From NCBI GenBank assembly GCA_013239625.1, contig MU053933.1:2195026-2259025 (forward strand): 64,000 bases of DNA. Direction: 5' to 3'. The first letter of the stretch is position 1. Each line of letters starts with the position of its first letter. Below, piece by piece: positions 48,902-60,075 of the stretch. The stretch is from Lama guanicoe (lineage: Eukaryota). Made by a program: the position numbers and the translations under genes. The notes beneath the pieces were generated by a model. The model ran no database searches. It was not told where the DNA came from and saw only the letters and a program-made list of their open reading frames with translations.

Positions 48902-51594
48902 AAGTCCTGCTGCTGACCGGGCCCGTCCCCTGAGGGCCAGCCGGGCTCCAGGGATCCCCCTCCCCGCCAGTGCCTTGGAGCTCCTGACCTCCTGGCGTCC
49001 TCAGCCCATCCTACCCAGGTCTTGCTCAGCACAGAGGAAAGACCAGCCCCCACCTCCCCCAGCCCAGACCTGGGGGCCAACAGGCTCACAGAACCCCCTT
49101 CTTGACCGTGGCCCACAGGAGCCCGGGCTGCTCCACACCTGCTTCCTCGCTCTGGACCATGGCCCTCGCTGGTCATGCTGGGCCCTGCCTGACCCGGGTC
49201 CCACCCCGGGCAGTGTTACTCTCCATGTCTGAGCTCAAATAAAAACTCTGCTCCCCTCACTAGTTCTTCATGCTGATGGGGTGGGGGTGCGGGAGTGAGG
49301 CCTGAGCGCCCTTTATGTCACCAGCCTTGGGGGACTTGGGTGCTGCTTGCACACGACCCCTGGAAGCTCCTGTCCACCTCTTTGTTCTGCCATCTGGCCG
49401 TCACTCCAGGGCCTGCAGGGCTCCAGAAGGCTGTTCTCGGGCAAGTCCTGTGGGCACCTACTGGGCTCAGATCAAACCCCCGTGTACTGCCCGTGGTAGA
49501 GGCAGCTCCTTCCCGGGGCACAGGTGCGGCTGTGCCGGGGGACACCTGGCCAGGACCCACCAGTGCTGGGGTGGGGACCAGGGGAGACCTCAGCAATTGG
49601 CTTGCCCCACGTCCAGACAGTCCTTGCAGATGGCCGGGCATCCTGGACTCCCGCACACATTCACCAACACTGAGGTGCATGGTCCTCCAGCATGTGCCAG
49701 CTGCGGGGGGCCAAAGGCAGAGGAGATGCAGCCCCCGGCCTCCCCTGCTGGGCTGGGCTGGTGGAGAGCAGGTGGGAAAGGGCGACCCCAGGCGGCAGGG
49801 TGGACAAAGCCGAGAAGGGTGTGGGAACATGTTCAGACAGGAGACACGGGAACACAGCTGTTCGATGTAGCCAGATGCAGTGTGACACACTCTGACCAAA
49901 TCCGAGAGCAGATCCTGGAACTGGGACTGCTGAGCAGAGGGTGCAGCCCGTGGGAATGTGCCGATCGCCACAGCACCCACAAGAGGTTCTGGTCTCCTTA
50001 ACAGTAGTGTAAGTTCACAACAGAGGGGCACACGGTTTTCTATCTTTGACAATTTGATAAACAAAAATCTCATCCCGGTTTCTTTTGCCTAGGCACAGAG
50101 CATCCCAAAGTGTGGAGCCACCAGTACGGAGTTACTTACCCCAGTGAACAAGCATTCCAGGTCTCCTTTATGACTATCACGAACACCGCCGCTGCGAGGG
50201 TCCTCACCACGCACCTGTGTGCACTAGTGTACGTTCTCACGGTGCCTAAATTTCTAGACATGGGATTTCCAGGCCAGAATATTTGCCAGTTTTAAATACT
50301 GGAGGATACTGATAAATGCCCTCAAAAGGACTTTTCAAAATTGTGCCTGCTAAGAATGATGTCAGGAAAGCGAGGGAACAGGGAGCTCTAAGGGGCCACC
50401 CCGCTCCCCACAGAAACACTGAAGAAACTGGCGAGGCTCCTGCAGTCAACCTCATCTGAACTCTGGACATGGTCAGAGGTTGACAACAGCCAAGAGGATG
50501 CCTCATCCAGAAAAGAGCAAGTGCATCCCGGTACGAGCCAGTGAGGCAGGAGCTCTGCGGCATTTCGGTGATGCTCGCCCCCACCCCATCCCCCCACCCT
50601 GGTCCCCAGCTCAGTAGCAGTCTTGAAGGTGGCAGCCTGTGTCCGGGTGAGGTTCCTGGAGCTGGAGGGAACAGAGTGGACCTTGTTCTGAAAGAAGTGT
50701 GGTTGTCCTGACCTGCTGGTGGCTTCTAGAAGGATTCACACTAAGGGCTTGTCTTCATTTCTTGTAAGTCAGAACTCTCTGAAGGCAGAGAGGCAAATAC
50801 ACGGAGAATGTTTGTCAAATCCACCAGTCATTGCTCCTCAGAAAGATATCAGTTGTGGCCAACAGAAGACACAATGCTGGGACGTGAGATGCTTTGAGGA
50901 GCAGGGCTTTCAAATCTTCCACAGATTCCTGGGCGTCTAGGAGACCTCGTGCACACTCATGAGGGGGCATGTGCTCCAGAAGGATCTGAGAAGTCCCTAT
51001 GCACTCACCTCCGGCTCCACTTCCAGGTCTGAGCCAGCAGGAAGTGGAGGTGAAGGCAGAGTTGGAAAGTGCTTAGCTGAGGGTTGAAGGCGTTCCCTCA
51101 CACACACACAGCCCAGCGACAAAGACCGGAAAAAATGCTTTTTGGCTCCAGTGTTTAAGGAACTCTGTCAGATCACTATCTGAGCGCTAAGCTAATGCAA
51201 TAGTGACCACACATGACAAAGACTACAGTCATTACAAAACTAGTTTAGAAGAATCGTCGAATAAAACAACAACAACAACATGCCACAACAATCAGCAACA
51301 ACAAGCTACAGGGAAGGGGGAAAACCGGATGTCCGAAGTCGCCACACTCTCTCAGTGCACTTGAATAATTAAAGGGAACCACAGGAAAAGAACTGTGGGA
51401 AACTGAGAGAATGATGTGTCACCAAATAAAGAATATCAACAAAGAGAGAAAAATTTTGTTTTTTAAAAAAAGGACCAAAAAGAATGTCTGGAGCTGAAAA
51501 CTTCAGTGGAGGGGCTCAACAGCACATTTGAGGAGTCAGGAGAAAGATAGTACATGTGAAGATAGGTCAGTTGAAAGACTCCAGTCTGACATTG

Positions 51595-53410
51595 TATCAG
51601 AAAGAATAAAACACCGAGCAATAAACCTACCTAAGGAGGTAACTGTATTGTGGAAACTATAAGACACCGATGAGAGAAAATGAAGACAACACAAGCAGAT
51701 GGGAGACACACGGCACTCTTGAATTGGAAGGCTCAGTACTGTTAAAATGGCCGTACTTCCCACGGCAACCTACAGAGTCAATGCAATCCCTACCAAATTG
51801 CCAATGACATTTTTCACAGGACTAGAATAAAAATTTTTTGATCTGTATGGAAGCACAAAAGACCCCAAATAGCAAAATCAATCTTAAGAAAGAAGAATGG
51901 AGCCCGAGGCATCATGCCCACTGACCTCAGACTACACTACAAAGCTACAGCAATCAAAGCAGTATGGTACTGGCATAAAAACAGACACACAGATCAATGG
52001 ACCAGGATAGAAAGTCCAGAAAGAAACTCACGCATTTATGGTGAATTGATCTATGACAAAGGAAGCAAGAATATACAATGAAGAAAAGGCAGTTCCTTCA
52101 GTAAGTGGTGTTAGGAAAACTGGACAGCTACATGTAAAATAATGAAATTAAAACATTCTCTAACACCCTGTACAAAATAAACACAAAATGGACTAAAGAC
52201 CTAAATGTAAGACCAGACGCTATACAACTCCTAGAGGAAAACAGGCAGAACACTCTTTGACATAAATTTCAGCAATATTTTTTTCAAACCAGCTCTTAGA
52301 GTAATAGAAATAAAAGCAAAAATAAACAAATGGGATCTAATTAAACTTAAAAGGTTTTGCACAGCAAAGGAAACCATAAACAAAACAAAAAGATAACCTA
52401 CAGAATGGGAGAAAATATTTGTGAATGACATGACACACAAGGGACTAATTTTCAAAATATACAAACAGCTCATACACCTTAATATTAAAAAAAACCCAAT
52501 CAAAAAATGGACAGCAGACCTAAACAGACATTTCTCTAAAGAAGACATCCAGACGGCCAACAAGCACATGAAAAGATGCTCAAAACTGCTAATCATCAGG
52601 AAAATGCAAATCAAAACCACAATGAGATTTTACCTCACACCTGTCAGAATGGCTGTCATCAAAAAGAACACAAATAATAAATGTTGGCTAGGATGTGGAG
52701 AAAAGGGAGCCCTTGTACACTGTTGGTGGGAATGTAAATTGGTGCAGCCACTATGGAAAAGTATGGAGGTTTCTCAAGAAACTAAAATAGAACTACCATA
52801 TGACCCAGTAATTCCATTCCTGCGTATACACCTAAAAATAATGAAAGCAGTAATTTTAAAAGATGCATGCATCCCAAGGTTCATAGCAGCGTTCTTTACA
52901 ATTGCCAAATTATGGAAGCAACCTAAGTGCCCATCAACAGATGACTGGATAAAGAAGACGTAGTATATGTACATACAATGGAATGCTACTGAGCCATAAA
53001 AAATAACAAAACTTTGCCATTTGCAACAATATGGATGGACCTGGAGGGTATTATGCTAAGTGAAATAAGTCAGACAGAGAAAGACAAATACTGTATGATA
53101 CCGCTTATACGTGGAATCTAAAAAATGCAAAACACTCGTGACTATAACAAAAAAGAAGCAAACTCACAAATATAGAGAATAAACTAGCGGTTCCCAGTGG
53201 GGAGAGGGACGGGGTTCAGGCAATATAGGGGCAAGGAATTAAAAGGTACAAACTATTACATATAAAATAAGTTCCAAGGATATACTGTACGACACAGGGA
53301 AAACAGCCAATACTTTATAATAACTGTAAATGGAGTATAACCTTTAAAATTGTGAATTACTATACTGTACACCTGTATTGTACACCATACTTGAAAGAAA
53401 ATAAATAAAA
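51595..53410 (+). mobile_element. 5'-truncated L1 (ORF2 3' third + 3' UTR + A tail), disrupted
   Basis: ORF 52421..52963 has [18 protein letters not shown]...[14 protein letters not shown]...[15 protein letters not shown], the L1 ORF2 Cys-rich C-terminus. A-rich tail at ~53395-53412. Confidence 0.9.
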
Positions 53411-55452
53411 AAGACTAAATAGACATAAAACAATTAACAAGATTAAATCAGTAATTGAACATTTCCCCAAAAAGAAAAGCCCAGGATAAAATGGTTCAAT
53501 GCTGAATTCTACTAAACATTTATAGAATAATCAACACCAATCCCTTTTTTAAAACCTGCTTTGTCCAGCTATTTTATTTTTAACTTTTATTTATTTTTTT
53601 CATTTTTTGAGGGGGGAGGTCATTGGCTTTATTCATTTTTTTAACAGAGGTACTGGGGATTGAACCCAGGACCTCAGGCACATGGGGCATGCACTCTACC
53701 ACTGAGCTATGCTCTCATCCCCAGCGCTAATCTTCCTTAAACTTCCCCCACAGCAGAAGATGAGGGAACACTTTCTCATTCTAAGAGGTCAGTATCATTT
53801 TGGTATCAGGATACCAAAACCAGACAAAGACAAAAAAAGAAAACCTCAGACTGAAATTTCTTATAGATAAAAAATCACCAACAAAATATAATCATACAAA
53901 ATCCAGCAGCATATTAAAAGGATTATACACCACAACCAAGTGGGATTTATCCAAAGAATGCAAAAGTGATTGAATGTATGAAAACCAGTCAACGTAATGC
54001 ACCACATAAATAAAATGAAGGAAAAAAACCACACGATTATCTCAACTGATAACAGGAAAAGAATTTCACAAAAGCCAACACTCTTTCACGATAAAAATAC
54101 TCGATAAACTAGGAATAGAAGGAACTTCCTCAACATCGTAGCGAGCAAAAGGAAAACCCACAGCAAACGTCATGCACAGCGGTGAGACGGAAAACGTCCC
54201 CCCCTCCAATCAGGAACAAGGCAAGGAGTCCCCCCTCCAATCAGGAACAAGGCAAGGGGTCCCCCCTCCAATCAGGAACAAGGCAAGGGGTCCCGCCTCC
54301 AATCAGGAACAAGGCAAGGGGTCCCCCCTCCAATCAGGAACAAGGCAAGGATGCCCACTTTCACCACTTCTGTTCAACGCTGTCCTGGAAGTTCTAGCAA
54401 GAATCACATGCAAAAGAATAAAGTTGAACCCTGTCTCACACCATACGCAAAAATTAACTCCAAGTACATCAAAACCTTTATTATAAGACCTAAAACTACA
54501 ACTCTTAGAAGAAAACATAGGGGTAAATCTGCATAACCCTAGATTTTGCAACAGTTTCTTAGATACGACGCCAAAAACACAAGCCACGTGGGAAAAACAG
54601 ATCAATTTGACTTCACCAAAATTAGGAAATTTTGTAATTGAAGGATACTGTCAAGGAAGTGAAAAGGCAACCCACAGAATGGAAGACGTTATTACCAAAT
54701 CATACTCCTGATAAAGCGCTAGTATTCGGAAAGCATAAAGAAATCCTAAAATCTGACAGCAATTAAAAATGGGCAAAGCACCTTGACAGACATTTCCTCA
54801 GAGAAGATATACGAACAGCCAAGAAGCACATGAAAGGGAGAACAAAATCATTGGCATTCCAGAAATACAGATCAAAACCAAAAGGAGATGGCCCTCATTA
54901 GGGTGGCTATAGGCGAGAGGAAGAAATAAAGGAAAAGTGTGAGCAAGTGTGTGGAAGTTGGAATCCTTGTTTATTGCTGGTGGGAACGCAAAACGGTGCA
55001 GCTCCCGTGGAAAACTGTCTGGCAGTTCCTCGAAACGTTAAACATAGGGTTATCATCTGACCCAGCAATTCCCCCCCTAGGTATACACCCAAGAGAATTA
55101 AAAAGAGGTGTTCAAACAAAAACTTGTACCAAATGTTCACAGCAGCTCTATTCACATTAGCCAAAAGGTGGAAATGACCCAAATGTTCATCAACTGATGA
55201 ATGGATAAATAAAATGTGGTATCTCTTGTTTGATGGACAATTAGCCCTAAAAAGGAATGAAGCACTGATCCATGCTCCAATGTCGATGAACCTTGGAAAC
55301 ATCCTGCTGAGTGAAAGGAGTCAGACACAAAATCCTACAGATTGTATGAATCTCCAGCTTCATGAAATGTGCAAAATAGGCAACCCTGTAGAGACAGAAA
55401 GCACATTACTGATTGAAGGCGGCTGGGAGGGACTCTTAATAGCACAGGATTT

Positions 55453-55487
<35 letters not shown>

Positions 55488-55700
55488 GAGGCACTGGGGT
55501 TTGAACCCAGGACCTCCTGCATGCTAAGCATGTGCTCTACCACTGAGCTATTTCCCTCCCTCAAGGATTTCCTTTTAAAGTAATGAGAATGTTCTGGATG
55601 GTGGGCATGGCTGTGCATGTGACTGTACTAAATGCCACTGAATTCTACACTTCAAAATGGACAAAATCATAAACTTTGTATTATTTGTTATCACAATTTT
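53410..55700 (+). mobile_element. Older L1 ORF2/3' UTR fragments interrupted by two SINEs (about 53570-53722 and 55454-55560, minus)
   Basis: L1 RT motifs KSPG and [19 protein letters not shown] cores ggggattgaacccaggacctc; TSD aggatttcctttt around the second SINE. Confidence 0.8.
54196..54350 (+). repeat. 31-bp minisatellite, 5 copies
   Basis: Unit ccccctccaatcaggaacaaggcaaggggtc repeated head to tail. Confidence 0.92.
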
Positions 55701-56700
55701 TAAAAATTACGTCAGCTAAGGGGCTTCTAAGGGTGAGGCCCTCATGGCCAGTGGTACTGGAAGTTATCTGCTTTGTAAATCTTGGATGATCTTACAGGTG
55801 AGACATTTATGTTTTAATATGGGAAACTATTTATTGAGATCAAGTAGCTTTTCATATGATTATTGGAAATTTGAATATTTTAAATTTTGTTTGATTCTTT
55901 TATATCTTTATTGTTCTAGTTTAAGGTCTTTAAAATTTTCATATCAACCTTTTATCTATTGCACAAATTGCAAACATTTCCTGGCAGTTCAATATCCTCA
56001 ATTTGTCCATGAAAAAGATTCCCTGTGGGTTTTGATGGAAATTACATCAATGATGGGTCTTCCTTCAGCTTCATACCACCCGGACCCTCTCTTGTCTCCG
56101 GTTGAAAGCACGACACAGGACCTGCCTCTCTCAGGTAACTGACCACGGCTCTGCAGGACGTGGCTTAGGACTCAAATTTCAGTCCCTGAATCTGGTTCTC
56201 CTAATGAACCAGGGAGCTCTGACTTCGATAGAAAGTTCCACTTCCTTCTTCAGGAAGGGAAGGTCCTCTCCGGTCCTCAGGCCTCATCCGTCTTGCTCAC
56301 ATGGGTACCACGGAAGCTCACAGAGCCCACCAGGAGGGGCCTGTCCGCACGTTGCCTTTTCCCCTAATAGACACACCATCCACTTCTCCCCAGTCGCAGG
56401 CCAGGCCAGCTGTCCCAGATGAGGCTCTAAACAAAAAATGCGGACCAACAGAGCACATGTCACCATGGGCCAGGAGCTGTCTCTCCAGCTCTGGAGAGGG
56501 CCCCTGGCACATGACCCACCAGGGGAAGCCACGGGGTCAGCCACGGGGAGGCTGCACGTTTCTGCCAGGTGTCCAGCGGGGCCGGACTCAGGCCAGGATT
56601 CGGTGCCCTGCCAGCATCATCAGTGTCAGGAGTTGAGCAAGGACATCTCATGACAGTGGAACCAGCTGAATGAGAGTCCTCACCAGAGAACACATCAAAC

Positions 56701-56758
56701 AGGAAGTGAGGGCGTGGGGCCTCCTTCAGGGACAACAAACACACCTGGAGGGTATAAA
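56701..56758 (+). promoter_or_regulatory. KRTAP10 copy 7 core promoter
   Basis: AGGAAGTG at 56701 and TATAAA at 56753-56758. Confidence 0.72.
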
Positions 56759-56853
56759 GGCTGACAGCAGGAGCACCTCACACACACACACACTCACTCA
56801 GACACACACACTCACTCACACACTCACCCTCCTCCAGCCCCACCGCCCCCACC

Positions 56854-57519
56854 ATGGCCGCGCCCGCCCTGTCCACCTGCTCCGGCGACCTGAGCTACGG
56901 CAGCTGGGCCTGCCTGCCCGGTCCCTGTGACTCTTGCACCGGCTCCTCCTGGCAGGTGGACGACTGCCCAGAGAGCTGCTGTGAGCCCCCGTGCTGTGAG
57001 CCCCGCTGCTGTGAGCCCCACTGCTGCGCCCCGGCCCCTTGCCTGAGCCTCCTCTGCGCCCCAGCGAGCTGTGAGCCCTGCCCCTGCCCATCTGCCTGCA
57101 CCAGCTCCTGCACGGCCTTGTGCTGCCCGCAGCCTAGCTGCCAGCCCTCCTGCTGCACCTCCTCCCCCTGCCAGCAGGACTGCTGTGAGCCCGTGTGCTG
57201 CAGGCCTGTGTGCTGCAGGCCCGTGTGCTGCACGCCCGTGTGCTGCACACCTGTCTGCTGCAGGCCCGTGTGCTGCAGGCCTGTCTGCTGCAGGCCCGTG
57301 TGCTGCAGGCCCGTGTGCTGTGAGCCCACCCCCTGCCCCTCGTCCTGCTGCAGACCCTCCTCCTCCGTGTCCCTGCTCTGCCGCCCCGTGTGCAGACCCG
57401 CCTGCTGTGCCCCTGCCCCCTCCTGCCAGCCCAGCTGCTGCCTCCCGGCTTCCTGCGTGTCCCTGCTCTGCCGCCCCAGGTGCTCCCGCTCGGCCTGCTG
57501 TGTCCCCGACTCGGCCTAG
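56854..57519 (+). CDS. KRTAP10: KRTAP10 family gene (copy 7, 221 aa), in TSPEAR intron 1
   Basis: Intact ORF with CCEPPCCEPRCCEPH expansion and 9 central pentapeptides. TATAAA at 56753-56758; AATAAA at 57813-57818. Confidence 0.93.
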   Translation: MAAPALSTCSGDLSYGSWACLPGPCDSCTGSSWQVDDCPESCCEPPCCEPRCCEPHCCAPAPCLSLLCAPASCEPCPCPSACTSSCTALCCPQPSCQPSCCTSSPCQQDCCEPVCCRPVCCRPVCCTPVCCTPVCCRPVCCRPVCCRPVCCRPVCCEPTPCPSSCCRPSSSVSLLCRPVCRPACCAPAPSCQPSCCLPASCVSLLCRPRCSRSACCVPDSA

Positions 57520-58294
57520 AAGTCCGGCTGCTGACCCTTCCTGCTTTTATCCAGGGTCCTTTCCCTAGCAGGAGGCCACCCTCCCAGCCAGCTGCACCCT
57601 CTCTCGCTTTACCAATCACAGGGAACAGAATGTGAGCCCCTCCTCCTGGCCCTGCCCCTCATCTCAAGGACTCGAGCTGCTCACCAAGTCCCTTCTGATG
57701 CTGGTCCCTTGGGTGCCCCAGGAGACGCACTGCACCCCCTGAACCCTAGGGTGCTGTCCTCACCGCAGCAGGCCTGTTCCCACCCCAGGACGTGACATCA
57801 CCTCTGAGTCCTAATAAAGCCACCTCCATCTCAACGACCTGTTCTGTCTGTGGATTCACGGTGGCAGGGTGAATGGGACGCCTGGTGCTGGCCTCTGTGA
57901 CCCCCACAGGCCAGGCCCACTCTGAGGCCTGTAGCCCCCTGAGCTCCAGCACGCAGCCCTGGGGTCCATCTCAAGAAAACTGCCTCTGGACCCATGGCCA
58001 GGGGTCGTGGGACAATGGTGGACCCCCGTTCGCTGCAGTCCAGACAGCAGCCTGCCTCGCTCCTCCCTGAAGCAGACCCCGCAGGACAGGCAGCAGGGGC
58101 TGCCCCCAGGGCCAGAGACCAAGCTGACTCAGCCTTGTCCACCCTCCTGGCGGCCAAGCCAGGTCCTTACGAAGGGACAAAGTGAGGGTCCCAAGGACAG
58201 AGATGTTGCTTGCCTGCTGCGGTCCTAGCGTGTCTGCAGGGGCCCCAGCCTTCATCCTGGGGCTTGAATAAGGAAATGTTCACATCCTGAGACG

Positions 58295-58880
58295 TAAGGG
58301 GGTTATTCTGGCTTGTGCGTGGGCGCCCTTGAACTTGATGCTGACTGAAACAGCATCTGCGGCCCGTCAAACACGCACCGTCCATCGGCTTTAATTATTA
58401 CAGAAAAGGGCACATTGACCAGGAGTAACGAAGGTCCGTGTTGAAAACGCAGATGAAGCGCCCCTCCCCGGGCGCTGGTGCCGGGCCTCCTTCGATGGTA
58501 AGACCCCGCCCAGGTGCTGAGGCCATGCCGTCTGTGCCTATGAGACCTTGAACACATGGATCCCTGACTTGTTTAAAGTTCTTTCTTTTGACAAGATACA
58601 AAACTCTGCCGAGGGGGAGGATGGAGCTCAGTGGTAGAGCGTGTGCTCAGCATGCACAAGGTCCTGGGTTCAGTCCCCGGTCCCTCCATTAAAAAATAAA
58701 CAAACAAACAAATATATATGTATATATATTTTAAACTGTGCTGAAAAGCCTGCTTCTCCAGAGCAGTTTCTTGGAGGAGTCTGGGAAGCAGACTTCTGGG
58801 CTAGTCCTCAAGTTGGCTCAAATAAAACTCTTTTCTATTCTTACTATATTGATTATTTATTGCTCATTTCTGTCAGGACT
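58295..58880 (+). mobile_element. ERV-type LTR interrupted by a Vic-1-like SINE (about 58611-58730)
   Basis: AATAAA at 58821 followed by a U5-like T-rich end. SINE gggggaggatggagctcagtggtagagcgtgtgctcagcatgcacaaggtcctgggttc has A and B boxes. LTR edges approximate. Confidence 0.6.
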
Positions 58881-59139
58881 CTCAAGTGTCTCCGTGCGCT
58901 GGAGGCGACGCTGACACTGCGGGTCTGAGCCCTCCTCCCCGTGGCCTCAGCTACCGCAGGGTCGGACAGCAACGACTCACTCCCTAGACCCTGCACTCGG
59001 CCCGGCTGCCTGCGCACTGTCAGCGGCGCGGCCGGGCCCCGAGAGCGCGGCTCCCTGGGACTCCGTCCCCGCCACCTTGGCCAGCACCCCGTTGGATGCT
59101 TCCCTCTGCTTCGCCAGGACTGCAGTCCCAGGACAGCCA

Positions 59140-60075
59140 CTTTGGAAAACAGTTTCTCAAAACTTTAGACTTAGAATATGACCCTGCAAGTCCACTTCTG
59201 GGCATCTACCCAGAAGAACTGAAAACAGGTGTGCCAGCAAAAACGTGCGCATCAGCGTTCAAGCAGTTCTGCTCACAATAATCCAAAAGTGGAAGCAACC
59301 CACAGGCCCATCGGCTGAAGGTGGATAAAAATGTGCCCCGCCGCTCAGTGGAGTATCACTCAGCCACGGAAAGCAGGGAAGCACCGATCACGCTGCAGCC
59401 GGGAGAGCCTCGAGAATGTGGCACCAAATGACACAAATGCACTTGTTCACAAGACACAGACTCACAGACACAGAAAACAAACTTATGGTTCCCGGGGGGA
59501 ACGGGGTGGGTGGAGGGATAAATTGGGAGATTGGGATTTGCAGACACCAACTACTACATATAAAATAGATACACAACAAGGTCTTACTGGACAGCCCAGG
59601 GAACTACATTCACTACCTTGTAACAGCCTGTAATGAAAAAGAGCGTGAAAAGGAGTATACATACATACGTGTGACTGACTCACTCCGCTGTGCACCAGAA
59701 ATTAACACAAACTGTAAACTGACCACACTGCAGTCAGAGAAAAGAAACAGAAAAAGGAAAATTCTTCAGGAAAAAGGTGATGTTCAGCGAGGGAAGCCAG
59801 ACCCCAAAGGCCACGTGGTGTGTGATTCCACTGACAGGAAACGCCCAGAAAGGGCCACTCCAGGGACAGCCCCTCGGAGCCAGGGGACGGGCGAGGGGAG
59901 GACGGGAGCCACTGCTGATGGCTTTGGGGGGATGGGTGGTGAAAATGTTCCGAAGGCAAATGACGGTGACGGTTGATGGCCGCACAGCTCCGAATACGGC
60001 GACACCCGTAAATCGTGTGCTTCAGTGGGTGGACTTTACAGCATGTGAATTGTATCTCCGTAAATCTGCTAAAAG
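59140..60075 (+). mobile_element. Old L1M 3' end with a younger L1 3' fragment nested (about 59425-59750)
   Basis: L1M motifs ccactttggaaaacagtt and gcatgtgaattgtatctc; internal cagactcacagacacagaaaacaaacttatggtt is a younger L1 3' UTR. Confidence 0.7.

Noticed and set aside
52421..52963. Possible active L1 ORF2
   Set aside because: 5'-truncated with stops and frameshifts; only a C-terminal fragment is open.
54196..54350. CRISPR-like 31-bp repeat array
   Set aside because: No spacers, eukaryotic context, and the unit derives from L1 ORF2.
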